From Entomortierella parvispora E1425 (taxonomy: Eukaryota; Fungi; Mortierellomycota): DNA of 64,000 bases. The stretch covers positions 930,001 to 994,000 of the forward strand of contig BQFW01000002.1 in NCBI GenBank assembly GCA_020891255.1, in the 5' to 3' direction. A program made the position numbers and the translations under genes. The notes beneath the pieces are model-generated. The model made no database searches. It was not told the DNA's origin and was given only the letters and a program-made list of their open reading frames with translations. Positions 13,515-25,350 of the stretch are shown here, one piece after another. Positions within the stretch are counted from its first letter, which is position 1. Each line of letters begins with the position of its first letter.

Positions 13515-13979
13515 ATGGCTGACACCATTCCTAGCTTGGATGCCGTCGCACCAACGTCTCCTGCTTCACAACAACCAGCGGCTACCACGACCACCACGAC
13601 TATTACCACCACAGCCACCACCGGAGCCGCTCCATCCGCCACTCTGGATGCAGATAAGGTCGCCCTGACGTTGCTCCTCGTTTCTGGATCCCGAACCACT
13701 TTTAGCTTTCCCGCCACAGAGACCATCGAGAGCATCAAGGCTAAAGTCTTTGAGAGCTGGCCTAGGGACTGGCATGAGGAAAAACCAAGCTCGCCTCAGA
13801 GTCTAAAGATCCTTTATCTGGGCAAATTCCTCGCCGACAGCTCCACACTCGAGTCCAACAAGATCCAGCCTGGCGCGACCACAATAGTGCACTTGACTAT
13901 CAAGGCCCCAGAGCAGGAGCTCCATGGTCATTCAAAATCCGATTCCGCCGCAAAGTGCAAGTTCTGTCTTGTCCTCTAG
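13515..13979 (+). CDS. UBL3: Membrane-anchored ubiquitin-fold protein (UBL3/MUB, Rad60-SLD_2 family), intronless
   Basis: Ubiquitin-like fold (TIESIKAKVFESWP...SLKILYLGKFLADSSTL) with a C-terminal CaaX-type prenylation end (CKFCLVL*). Confidence 0.85.
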   Translation: MADTIPSLDAVAPTSPASQQPAATTTTTTITTTATTGAAPSATLDADKVALTLLLVSGSRTTFSFPATETIESIKAKVFESWPRDWHEEKPSSPQSLKILYLGKFLADSSTLESNKIQPGATTIVHLTIKAPEQELHGHSKSDSAAKCKFCLVL

Positions 13980-14600
13980 ATATGCCCTTGCCCTTGCTTT
14001 GTTCTGTTGACTCTTTTCTGCTGCCACTTCTCCTTTGACGAACAAATATCGCTCACTCTTCAACCCGAACCTACCACACCCCTTCCCCTTCCCTTTTTCT
14101 TCTCGTACGAGCTCTCTTCCTATCCTTTTCTTTTCTTTTCTCCCTACCCTTGTGCTATAATCCGTTTTCTTTTTCCGTTGCTCCTTGGTGCTCTGCATCC
14201 ATCTACTTTATTGACTGCGTCCTTGATTTTAACAAATCGTCGAGAGCGGGAAGGCGCAGACGTGTGCGTGTCAAAAAAATAAATAAATAAACTCCTATCA
14301 TCAAGAGCAACGGTCGCAATTATCTGTCCTCTGGACTGTTCTGTCTAGGCTCGACAAAGGTGAAAGAGAAACCATCAACATGACATGAACATGACATGAA
14401 CATCACATAAACAAGTAAAATCAAACAATTTGTATTAAAAAATCCTTGGGCGGTTGGATGTGGGCTGCGTCGTAATCTGGAGAGAGAAGAAGAGAAAAGT
14501 GATTTTCAAAATTGCAAACGTGTAGACTGACGACAAAGGATTTCTGTTCTCTCTCTTTCTCGTTGTTACCCGGACAGCGAAATTCGTTCGAAAAAAAAAT

Positions 14601-17147
14601 CTACACATTGGCAGCACGAGGAAAGCGGACGTTATAGAGCATCTCGGGCAGGAAGGCTGCAATGATTTGCCTACCGGCAAAGAAACGACCTCCTAGTGTC
14701 TGCACTGCATTGGTTGCAGACTGGACACTGTCAAACTTGAGGTAAATTTCGCCCTAAGCAGTCAAAGCAAAAACAGATTAGGAACCTTGTCCACAACACA
14801 GACGAACAAAGTGACAACGGGGGTAACATACTGGTGAATCCTGCTCCACATGAATATGGACAACAGGTCCGTTCTTTTCTGCTTCCTCCTTGACATCTTC
14901 TTCCAATTCCTTGGCCCATTCTGGCTCGGTTTTACTGCAAGCAAGAAATTACAAAGTGATGTGGTTAGAATAAAAAACAAAAGGTGCAATTGAGGTTCAA
15001 GAAAATTGTTGTAGCTTACTCTTCATCCGTGAACATGTTTTTCAGAAGAACAGAGCGAGAGGGCATAACAACAGGGAGTCTAGGGGGACTATAGTATGTG
15101 ATGGTATGTGAAAGTAGAGAGTCAGTACAACGAAACCTGGAGCATGATTATAGAATCCAATGGAAATATTTCCTTACATAAAAGTTGAAGCAGCAGGTGC
15201 AGGCACAGAGTCGGCAGCAGGCGTAGGGACAGCACCAAGATTGACATCACCTCGTGCCAGCTTTTGCATCAGATCTGCACGCGACTGGGATGTCAAGGTA
15301 TATCCGGCGGTATCTATCCAGGAACAAAAGTTAGTCGATCATCGCAGCAATGGTTGCAAGTATGTCGATCGATAGTTTTGCAGCTTACCACTGTCGTCAA
15401 TGCTGATGCTGTTGTTGATCAGACTATTGTTATATTGGTAGTTGTTATTACTTTGACCATTGGACCCCTTCTCTGTCACGAGTCCAACCTTGATCTAGAT
15501 TCCAAAGAGCGAAAGGGTTAGTGTGCCTGCGTCATTTTTCCGAACTTCATTGCCAGATGAACTATCCTTACTGTTCTTCCTGCCAGCACTTGTCCATTCA
15601 AGTCAACCATAGCCTTCTTAGCTGTTTCCAGGTCCTTGTATCTACAGAGAATAATAATAATAATAAAGGGTCAGTCTTCAGGCACATGGAGCAGCATGTA
15701 ACAGGTTGTGCGCAGCATCCAGTAACTTACTGCACAAAGGCAAAGCCCTTGGACTTGCCGGTGTCAGCGTCCCTATGAAGTTTGACAAACTCAAGAGGTC
15801 CAACTTTCTCTAATTCTCTTTGAAGTTCTTCCTCTGTCATGTCAAAGTTAAGAGATCCGACATAAAGACGATGTTGTGACATGTCAACAGGAGCAGACTG
15901 TACTGGAGCGGTCGATGATTGCCTATTCCAACGAAGAAAAAAAGAGTTACACCAAATTCTGGGATATCCGTGAGCAGTCTTCAAGCGACTTACGATTGAG
16001 AGGCTGCCTGCAACGCCAGGCGGTTCTTCTCGGACTCGGTATGCTTAGCAATAACAGGGATGCCTAAAATTTTCTGACCAGTCAAAGCAATGGCCTTGGC
16101 CACCGATTCCTCATCGTAAAACTCTACATAGCCAACACTGTCGAATAATGGAAGGCAATGTTAGAGCCCTGGATTGTACAAGCATGGTCAATATGACAGC
16201 GTTTTCCGAAATAGTTCTTACCCTTTGGATCTTCCAGTGTTGCGATCCTCGATGACACGAGCAGCGCGCACTTTTCCAGCCTGAGAGAAAAACTCTTCAA
16301 GCTCGGATGATCGGAGACGAGCTGAAAGTTGCATCACAAACACAGTTCGTCTATCGCAGGTGGTATCATCTGCAGGGGGAGAGGGCGATCTTCTTCTGCG
16401 GTTCGAATGTCTAAGGTAGATACAAGTATTTCAAGTTAGCGCAAGTCTTTTGCAAGAATGAAAATGGATAGAAAATGACTAATTCATACCCTCCACCATA
16501 AGCCCTAGGGCTTCTGCTTCTACGAGAACCACGCTCGCGAGAGTAGCCTCGACGCTGGTCTCTATGTCCACGACTGTCTCTGTAATCTCTGTAGTCTCTG
16601 TCCCTGTGATCCCGGTAATCTCTGTCACGATGATCCCGGTGGTAGTCACCATAATCCCGGTGTTCTCTGGAGCGACGAGGGGAACGAGATCTGGAACGTC
16701 GGTGGCGTCTGCTCTCATGTCTGTCACCATCCCTGTCTCTGGAATAATTGCGTTCTCTAGAGTAAGGTCTGGCCTGGTCTCCGGGAGACCGAGAGCGAGG
16801 AGCGTCTCCAGAGGGGCCAACAGAGGGCACTCTTTCGCTACTAAGGTAACGAGAAAAATGAGGCAGCTGTAACGTCAGTATGGAAGACATTGATTTTTCA
16901 ATGGGATATTCAAAGAGAGCTAAAGCTGTGCGACTCGGAACGCACCTCTTTGAGTTTCGGCGAGAAACATCCATGTCCATTGAGCCGGGGCCAGGTTGGT
17001 TCTCCTATTGGTAGTAGCAGACGCTAATTAGAGTCATGAAGACTAGCATTGCAATGTATTAAGACTACTGAAAGCACCTCCACAGAGAATTGGGATTACC
17101 TTTTGGAAAGGGGCATCAACCATTGCTTCAATTGCTTCGTAGTCCAT
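14601..17147 (-). CDS. RBM39: Splicing factor RBM39/CAPER (RS domain plus 3 RRM/UHM), multi-exon
   Basis: First exon [16 protein letters not shown]; RS/RD repeats; RRM2 [16 protein letters not shown]...KSKGFAFVQ; linker [12 protein letters not shown]; UHM VLLKNMF...[12 protein letters not shown]...[13 protein letters not shown]. Confidence 0.9.
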
Positions 17148-17606
17148 GGCGCTGATCAAATGGAATGAGCTGGAAGGTTATAAGATGATTTTTTTTTTTT
17201 TTTTTAGTGAAGGTAAATTAATGTTGAAGTAGGTCCAATGGATGAGTAACCGAGAGGGTGTGAGCGGGTGTTGATGCAGAAAAGGGATGGCGGTCAGATG
17301 CAAGAATAGATCCGGGTGAAGGAAGATGGTGAGAAGGAAAGAAGGAAAGAGATGATTTTCACGGATGCACAGCGCTTGGGCTAAAAAAGGTGCGAGGTCG
17401 AGAGGAGAGTGAGAGAGAGACACACACGGGCGGAGCCGCAAAGCCACCGGACGGACCACTGGGGCGGGCAGACCCTCTTTCCTTCCCTGCTTTTCCTTTC
17501 CTGTCCTGCCTGCTGAAGTGCATTCCTCACGCTGCCCCGCCCCGCCATCCATTGATAGGTTTCGCTTGGCGTTAGTTCCTCCTTCCTCCTTCCTTTCTTC
17601 CCAAGA

Positions 17607-19711
17607 ATGCTGGCATCCCTCTCGCTCATGTCTCGGGTCGCCCCGAGGGTCGTTCCTTCTTCGCCCTTCATTCGCTCATTTTCCAATCTGCCCTCAAAAC
17701 ACGAACAGGCTGATCATGACTATGCTTCTCGCATGCAGCAGCTGTTTGATGACAACCGTCCGTCTTTGCCACGCTTTGTTATCCAGGGCCAGTGCGTCAA
17801 GCCGATATTAAAGCCATCTCGGTTCTACGGCGAGATGAAGGTAAGCCTGAATATGACCAAAAACGCGTGCTTTGGAATCATCCGATCTGATCAGATCGAC
17901 TCAATCTTTGTCCTTCATTATTGAACACAGGAACACATCCAACAAGCCCAAAAGTCCATTACGCTTGCTGCTCTTTACCTCGGACACACAGAAAGTGACC
18001 TTGTAAGGAATTCTATCGGCTTGCATGCTCTTATCAGACAAAAAAGGAGTTTCTCAATGTCGTTATTGACAATGGGGTGATTGGATCTGCATTGTTATCG
18101 ATAACATTAGGTCGAGACACTCTCTGAAGCATTGCGGAGTCGACCCCAACTGAAAGTGAATTTGCTCTTGGACTCTTTGCGAGGCACTCGGGATTCTGGC
18201 AAAGGAAGCTCTGCCTCGCTGCTGTACCCTCTTTTGAAGGCCTACCCCAAACAGGTCCGAGTATCAATGTATCATACCCCAGATCTCAGCGGAGTGCTGA
18301 AGAAGATCATGCCATCACGGTTTAATGAAGGAATCGGTCTTATGCATATGAAGGTCTATGCTTTTGACGACACCTTGATCATGAGTGGGTAAGTTACTAT
18401 CTATTGCAGACAGATCAATGGTTCGAGTCCTAAGTGCTTATATTTCACCATGGCTGCGTTCATTTCTTCTAGGGCAAACATGAGCCACGACTACTTTTCC
18501 AACCGACAGGATCGATATATAAAGTTTCAGAACAAGGACATTACCGAGTACTACTGCGATCTGGTCAATACTGTGTCATCTTTCTCATACTCCTTGCAGG
18601 ACAAGGGTAGTACGTTCTACTTGGATATGGAGGCTGGTGTACCTGATCCCGTGAAACAGAGCATACACTTCAAGAACTACGCCACCAAATCCATGCGCTC
18701 GTTCATGAAGAAATGGTCTAATGTGCAACAATCTCCTAAGGATGCTTCGTTTGACACGACGCTGTACCCCCTGCTTCAAATGGGGCCACTGGGTATTCGT
18801 CAGGACGAGCGCGTCACCTTGTCTGTGCTGGACCATGTGTTGCATGCGGCTAAGCAAGAAGGAACATCCAAGGCCTTCATCACGTCAGGATATTTTAATT
18901 TCGAGAGGAGGTATAGCAACACCATTATCAATTCCAAGGCTGCCGATGTCTGTCTGATAGCAGCATCTCCTGAGGTACGTCTAGGCGAAATACTACTCAA
19001 AGACATGGTACTTCAGATGTAGTTCTGACATCTTGTTCATGACGGTTTAGGCGAATGGATTCTTCAATTCTGCAGGCATTTCACAATATATCCCACCGGC
19101 ATATACTCTAATTGAAAAACGGTTTTTCGACGCTGCCAAGGCCGCAGGAAACGCGGAACGGATCAAAATCGAAGAGTACAATCGCAGGGGCTGGACATAT
19201 CATGCCAAAGGTAATGTGTTGCTGGATTAACATCATTCCCATGACGAAATACGTTTGCGCTGCTGTCACTCAAGCTCAACTTCCTGGTTTGATCCACCCT
19301 GCAGGACTGTGGGTGTACCCCCCTCAATCAGAGCATCCGATTATGACAACGATTGGATCACCTAATTTTGGATATCGGTCCCTGGTACGAGATCTCGAGG
19401 CGCAGCTCTTTATGGTGACCAAGAACCTGGGCCTTCGAAAGAACCTTCACGAGGTATGTGTTTCTGGTCAGTGAGGATATCTTGTGAAGGAGGTTGCTGC
19501 GCGAGGAGTGGCGATTGGTACGATCAAGGTTCTAGCGTAAAAGTGCAGATCCAATTCTTTTCTGACTTCATTCCTATCTTTGCTGTTCTAGGAGCTGTGC
19601 AACCTCCGTCGTGGCTCAACACAGGTCACCGAAGAGACCTTCAAGGCAGCAGACCGCCAGGTCCCACTGTGGGTTGGAGGGGCAAGCGAGGCTATCAAGA
19701 CCATGATGTGA
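17607..19711 (+). CDS. PGS1: Mitochondrial phosphatidylglycerophosphate synthase (PLD superfamily), multi-exon
   Basis: Mitochondrial presequence-like N-terminus; LLDSLRGTR; HMKVYAFDDTLIMSG|ANMSHDYFSNRQDRY; WTYHAKG; TIGSPNFGYRSLVRDLEAQ. Confidence 0.92.
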
Positions 19712-19817
19712 AAATTAGCATCACAAAAAAATATGAAAAAATAGACATTGTCCCACAGGGAACCACAGTGACTGCGGATTTCGTCCACATCGCCGTTGTT
19801 TGCTTTTTGCACATCCC

Positions 19818-19849
19818 TGTTCCTTTGTTCCTTTGTTCCTTTGTTCCTT
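19818..19849 (+). repeat. (TGTTCCTT)4 tandem repeat
   Basis: Four perfect 8-mers between the PGS1 stop and the eIF4E start. Confidence 0.9.
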
Positions 19850-19988
19850 CGCATCCCATCCAGCCCGTTACTTCGTGTCGATCTGCTGCTTTTGCCATCC
19901 CACTCCCCTCTCTTGCATCTTTACCCTCCCTTCTTAACACTTATCCGCCGCATTCGTGTAGCGCATCCCCATTCCCTTGCATTCCATC

Positions 19989-21134
19989 ATGGCTCAAACT
20001 GACAACAACACCCTCGCCGTTCCTTCCTCGGACGACAAATACGTAACAGTCTTCAACGACCCTGTCAACTTCAACGCCAAGCACCCTCTGCACAACTCCT
20101 GGACCCTTTGGTTCGATAACCCCGGCAAGAAGTCAAACTCCAACAACTGGGAGCAATCGCTCAAGGAGCTCATTACCTTCGACACCGTCGAGGACTTTTG
20201 GGGGTAATATTCTCCAAGCTTTGCAGCAGAACACATATGTCGCGCACGACCCCTCCCTTCCCTCCCTTTGCCCTCTCCACCCCTTGCACCCTGTCCAACT
20301 CGCTTTTTTCCCCTACTTTGTTTGGCGACTGCGGCGGCTGATTCATCAATAGGACAATCAGCCGACACAATCGTGGCACAGTTCTTGTCCCTGAATAAGG
20401 GATGCGGTGCAATCTGGGTCGGCTTTTTGTGCTGCACTTCGGCTGGACAACACGCTCCCATTTGAACGCGAGGTAGAGGGAAGTGTCCCTTATCTTTGAG
20501 AAAAGTGCACAGGTTCTCAACTCTTCATGTTGTTTCTGCTCTGTAGGGTCTACAACAATGTCATGAAGACATGCGACTTGTCGATCAGCTCCAACTACCA
20601 TCTCTTCAAGCAGGGAATTAAGCCCATGTGGGAGGATGCAGCCAACAAGCGTGGAGGCAAGTGGAGCATTCAATTGCCTCGCAACAAGACCATGGCCGAG
20701 ATTGACAACATTTGGCTCTTTACGGTAAACTCAAGAACCCTTTGAAAAACGGCAGGATAGGGTGCAGATCAGGAACTAAACAACTCTCTTTGGTTTCTGT
20801 TTTTCTAGATGCTTGCCTGCATCGGTGAAGCTTTTGAGTACGAGAACGAAGTATGTGGTGCTGTGGTGTCTGTCCGTAAGGGCTTTTTCAGGATATCACT
20901 TTGGACCCGTTCCTCGGACAACCAGGAGATGGCCATGAGCATTGGGTACGTGTTTTGTTACTGGATAGATTTGGGCCAAGATGTCTGACTTTAGACCCGA
21001 AATCTCATTCGACCTTCTTGCTTTTCCCTTTTCTTAGCCGCACCCTCAAGAAGAACTCTGGCATCGAAGGCGTCATGGAGTTCCAAAGCCATCATGAGTC
21101 CACAAAGACCGGAGGCAAGGCTTGGACTGTTTAA
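19989..21134 (+). CDS. eIF4E: Translation initiation factor eIF4E, 4 exons
   Basis: [24 protein letters not shown]|[45 protein letters not shown]. Confidence 0.95.
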
Positions 21135-21551
21135 GCGAAGCACTGTTACCCCGTCAACCTCATTAATTGCATGTATTTTTTTTCCTCTTTACTCTCTTCT
21201 TTTTCTTTTCTCATTTTCTTCTTTGTTTCTTGGTTCTCTCATTCACCATTGTATTTGTTGTCATTTTTATTCATTTTCGCTCAATCACCTCACCTTTTGC
21301 AAAGAATTGAACCCGCCATAGACCTCCAGAATTTCATTTGTGAAGCATCATTTTTCCATTTCCCGATTCATTTGTTATTTTTTCTTATCCACCTTATCCC
21401 TGATCCCTCATTTCGTTTCATGGGGGAGACAGTCAGTGCCAATGTCGTTGGCTGTCAGCACAACAAAAAAAGAAGATTGCACGGCAGAATGGAGATGGAT
21501 GCACAGAGAGTGTTTATGCAATTGAAGCAAAAAATAAACGGCTCAATATTT

Positions 21552-22967
21552 TTATGGTATCCGAAGACGCTGATCCAGTTGTATCCTCAATGACTGAAGT
21601 CTTGCCTCTAGCTCTGCTAGTTCTCCTCTCCCCATCATCAGATCAAACTCTTCCTTGGTTGCTCGATCCTCTGCTTCAGAAGAGAGTTGGTTAATGTCCA
21701 AGTATTCTCGTAACGTATCGTTCGCCAATTGATCTCTTTCCCTATTTCATTTACAAAAGCATGTCAGGAACGATGCAGCACTCGCGTGGATAAAAAGAAG
21801 CAACACAAAGATGCAGATGGTTGGTTACCTCTCTGTTTCCTCAGCCTTTTGTAACGTTTGTTCAATCTCTTCCGAATAGCTTCTGATCCGCCTTTCATAG
21901 ATCTTTTCAAACATGAGGACCAAGTCATCCGCAGTTTTCTCCTCGACCTGCGTAGAGTTCCTGCTATCGATAACGGCCCGCTCCAGATCCAAGATAGTAT
22001 CGTCCAATTCCCGAACCCTGGCTTTGAGAGCTTCAGCTTCGTGGACACCGCAAGTAGACATGACCCCAGCCGCAGCCTCATCAAACTCTTGTTGTAACTT
22101 CATTATTTCATCCAATTCTTCCAACAGTTTTTCTTTACTCTCCAGAGTTTTCTCAAGTTCGTCCTTCTCGGATTCATATCGTTCCCTGAATAACGTTTCT
22201 CGATTTTCTCTTGACTGTTCAAATTCCTGTTGAATCCTAGCAATTTCGTTGTCCTTGGTGTCGAGTTCCTCTCTCAAGATCTGGATCGAATCCAATAGCT
22301 CCTGCCTCTTGTCCATCTGTCGATTCTCCTGTTCCTCCAATTCAGTCACAGATCGATTCAGATCCGACAACATCTCGTTCAGGGCGATCATCTCCTTGTC
22401 ATGAGCGGCCGTCATGAGCATCCTTTCATTTTTGGTGGCTCGGATGGTGGTCTTTAGCTCCTTGATCGAGTTTTGGTGTTGCTCCAAAGAGATTTCCAAA
22501 TTTTTGATCTTTTCCAAAACTTGGGTGTCTACAGGTCGAAAGTCAGAGAGGTCAATCTTGGCATTGGAGAAGGATCGCTTCATGAGTACGGTCGATTCTG
22601 GATAGGCAGGTGTGGTGCTGTCCTGCTTCGTTCCAGGAGCTATTGATGGCGAGGTATATTCATTCCTGTGAGGGGTGCTGCCACTGTTATTAGAATTACT
22701 CCTTGGTGTCAGGATCCTTTGCTGTGTTGAGCAAAAGTAGCAAGCGTCAATAAAAGATGCTATACTCCATTAAACGGATACTAATATTTGATGTCATGAG
22801 TGTTGTCTCTGTACCTTGGATGGGGTAGCAGGTGTTGGGGTCTTTGTTGGGGTCCCTGAGGCAGTTGTCTGACGTTGTGAGTTGGATCGGCGCGTAGGGG
22901 TGGAAGGCAGGACTGGTTCAGGAGAGTGCCTGGGGACATCTCCCTGAGGAGAGTGATCGCGATTCAT
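21552..22967 (-). CDS. Uncharacterised protein: S/T/P-rich N-terminus plus long E/K/L-rich coiled coil, ~3 exons
   Basis: ORF 21825-22583 is heptad-rich. The upstream exon (MNRDHSPQGD...PATPSK|gt) and the terminal exon (ERDQLANDTLREYLD...LEARLQSLRIQLDQRLRIP*, stop 21552-21554) join via GT-AG introns. No family recognised. Confidence 0.7.
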
Positions 22968-23376
22968 GAATGAGCGCTGGCTGTAAATGTGAACAGTGCA
23001 AGCTGTAGGGTCCGATTCCTGTCTTCCTTGTTGATGCTGGTGTGGGTGCAAGAGCGAGGCAGGCTCAAGGCTGAGGCTGAGGAGGAAGGAGGTGATTGGA
23101 GTGGAATGAAGAGAGAGAGGGAAAGGGGATTGTTTGTTGTTCAAGAGACTCGCTCTTGAGCGCTCTTCCACGCGACGCGGTCACGTGTGCAGCCTGGACA
23201 GTCAGTCAGAGTGGGAGGAGTCTTTTCCTGTCCTTGCACCGTGCAGTGCAGACACATTCGTCCATCCATCCCTTTCTTCTTTCCGCCCGCCTGCTCTCCA
23301 ACTTGTCCGCTTGCCCGCACTCCTTTGTATCTGTTTATCTGTTCTTCTTTTCTTCAGCAAACAACGCAGCTCTGGC

Positions 23377-25133
23377 ATGGGAAACACTCCTTCGACCACC
23401 GGGAATGGCGCTGACCCCGACGCCGCCGTCGAGGCCGTCACCTTCACCAACAGCCCCTATCAGAAGCAACACTCGCCGCAACAACACCAGCCAGACCAAC
23501 ATGGCAATGGTCATCAACCAAGTTATATGTCCCATCAACGGCACAGCTCATCGCCTCAGCCATTCTTGGGTCATTCATCCCCACCTCAAGACTCTATTCA
23601 CCCTTCCACAATACCCATTGCTTCCATGCCTGTCGACGCTGCACCACGGCGGTTTCCGTTCGTCAAAGACCAATACATGAATGACTCACCCGCGGGCACC
23701 TCGCCCTTTGACAGCGAGTCCTCGTTTAGTGGCGGGACCGCTTCTGGAGATATTTCATATCAGCGCCGACAACAGCCAGTCGCTCCAAGGAATGTCCTCC
23801 CAGGAGGTGGTCCAAGGCGGAGAGCTTCCTCGTTGGTCAGCGGAGGTCAATCCTATGGCCAGTATACAGACACTTTTAACGAGCAAGCCTTGTTGGCAAC
23901 AGCTGCCCACCAGGACAAGATAGAGCAGCAACGGTTACAGCAGTTGGATGGGGGACGGTCAAGCTACCGCAACTCGGCCAGAGTCTCGAGAGCATTTGGG
24001 GACGTGGATCCACTCAAGAGCCTGAGTGACGCTGGTGAAGGCAAGTTTAGTTTCATGTTGGGGCTCGAAGGGACAAGTCTGGCGGTACAACGGTACAGGG
24101 ATGCTTGAGTGCGTGCCCCAGTTATTAACACACATGACCCTTACTGCGGAACACATTAGACATCAAGGATGGCAATGTGCCAACAATTATCACCTGGAGT
24201 CAAGGAGGGCAGAATGTCTATGTCACAGGAACATTTAACAACTGGAAGCAGAAGGTTCGACTCAACAAAAGGTAAAAAAAAGGGCCTGACAACAATGTGG
24301 CCGATCTGGACATTAAATTGACTACGCGAGATAATTTGAGTTTTAACACGCTGGCTCTTTCGAAACCACCCTGTGCTCACCAACTAGCACAAGCGACTTT
24401 TCCACGATATTGAACCTGCCTCCCGGTACTCATCGGATCAAATTCATTGTCGATGATGAGTGGAAGTGCTCCACCGAGCTTTCGGCGGCCACGGATGCGG
24501 AGGGAAACCTGGTCAACTTTTTGGAGGTTGCAGACGAGGAGCAGGATGAACTCGAAGGGGGCCAAGGTTAGTTTTAATATGAAAGAAAGAGCAGGGTATC
24601 AAGCACAGGCACCTGACGTTTTGATGCTTTTTTTTGTGTCTCCAGATACCCCCATCAATGAATCACCTGTCGGTTCTTATACAGATCAAATCCCCTCCTA
24701 CGCTCAGTCAGGCAACAGTTCTCCATTAGGCTCGTCGAATGAAGCCCTACTTCCTCTTACTGCTATCAAATCGGACGACGCCAACAACACAGGAGGAAGC
24801 CAGAGTCCTCATGGATCACCCGAAGGAGCAAAAGGAGATCGTGGATCTCACTCCAGCATGGCCTCCACCACCTCCTCTAACCTCTTTGCGTCCAATTCCT
24901 CGATATCAAATGACCCACCTCCAGGCCTGCCACCACATCTCGAAAAAGTTATCTTGAACAATGCGCCATCCAAGGAAGACAACTCTGTTCTGCCAGTGCC
25001 CAACCATGTAGTCTTGAACCATCTCTACGCTTGCTCTGTCAAGGAAGGTGTTCTAAGCATCAGTGTCACGGCGCGGTACCGGAAAAAGTACATCACAACA
25101 GTCTTCATCAAACCTGTCGTGACTGAGAGCTGA
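23377..25133 (+). CDS. AMPK/SNF1 beta subunit (Gal83/Sip2 type), 4 exons, first intron GC-AG
   Basis: N-myristoylation start MGNTPS; CBM48 (VPTIITWSQGGQNVYVTGTFNNWKQK, QYRGKVACASWDPMSTGRQVNFLEV region); ASC domain (PPGLPPHLEKVILN...LPVPNHVVLNHLYACSVKEGV...RYRKKYITTV). Confidence 0.93.
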
Positions 25134-25350
25134 TTCTAGAAGAACCATTTTGTTCTCTTTACAACTTCTTGCTCGTTATACAAGTCATTCTTTAATGCCA
25201 TCAGGTCGTAAAATAGCTCCAAGCAAGTAAAGTGGCGATGAGGGAGAGAGTTGGAGAACAGAATATGATGTCTTTTGTGCAACGAGAAATGCTGAATATG
25301 GTATCTGGTTGAATGAATGATGGGTTATTTCGGGTGCAGCGAATGTGCAA

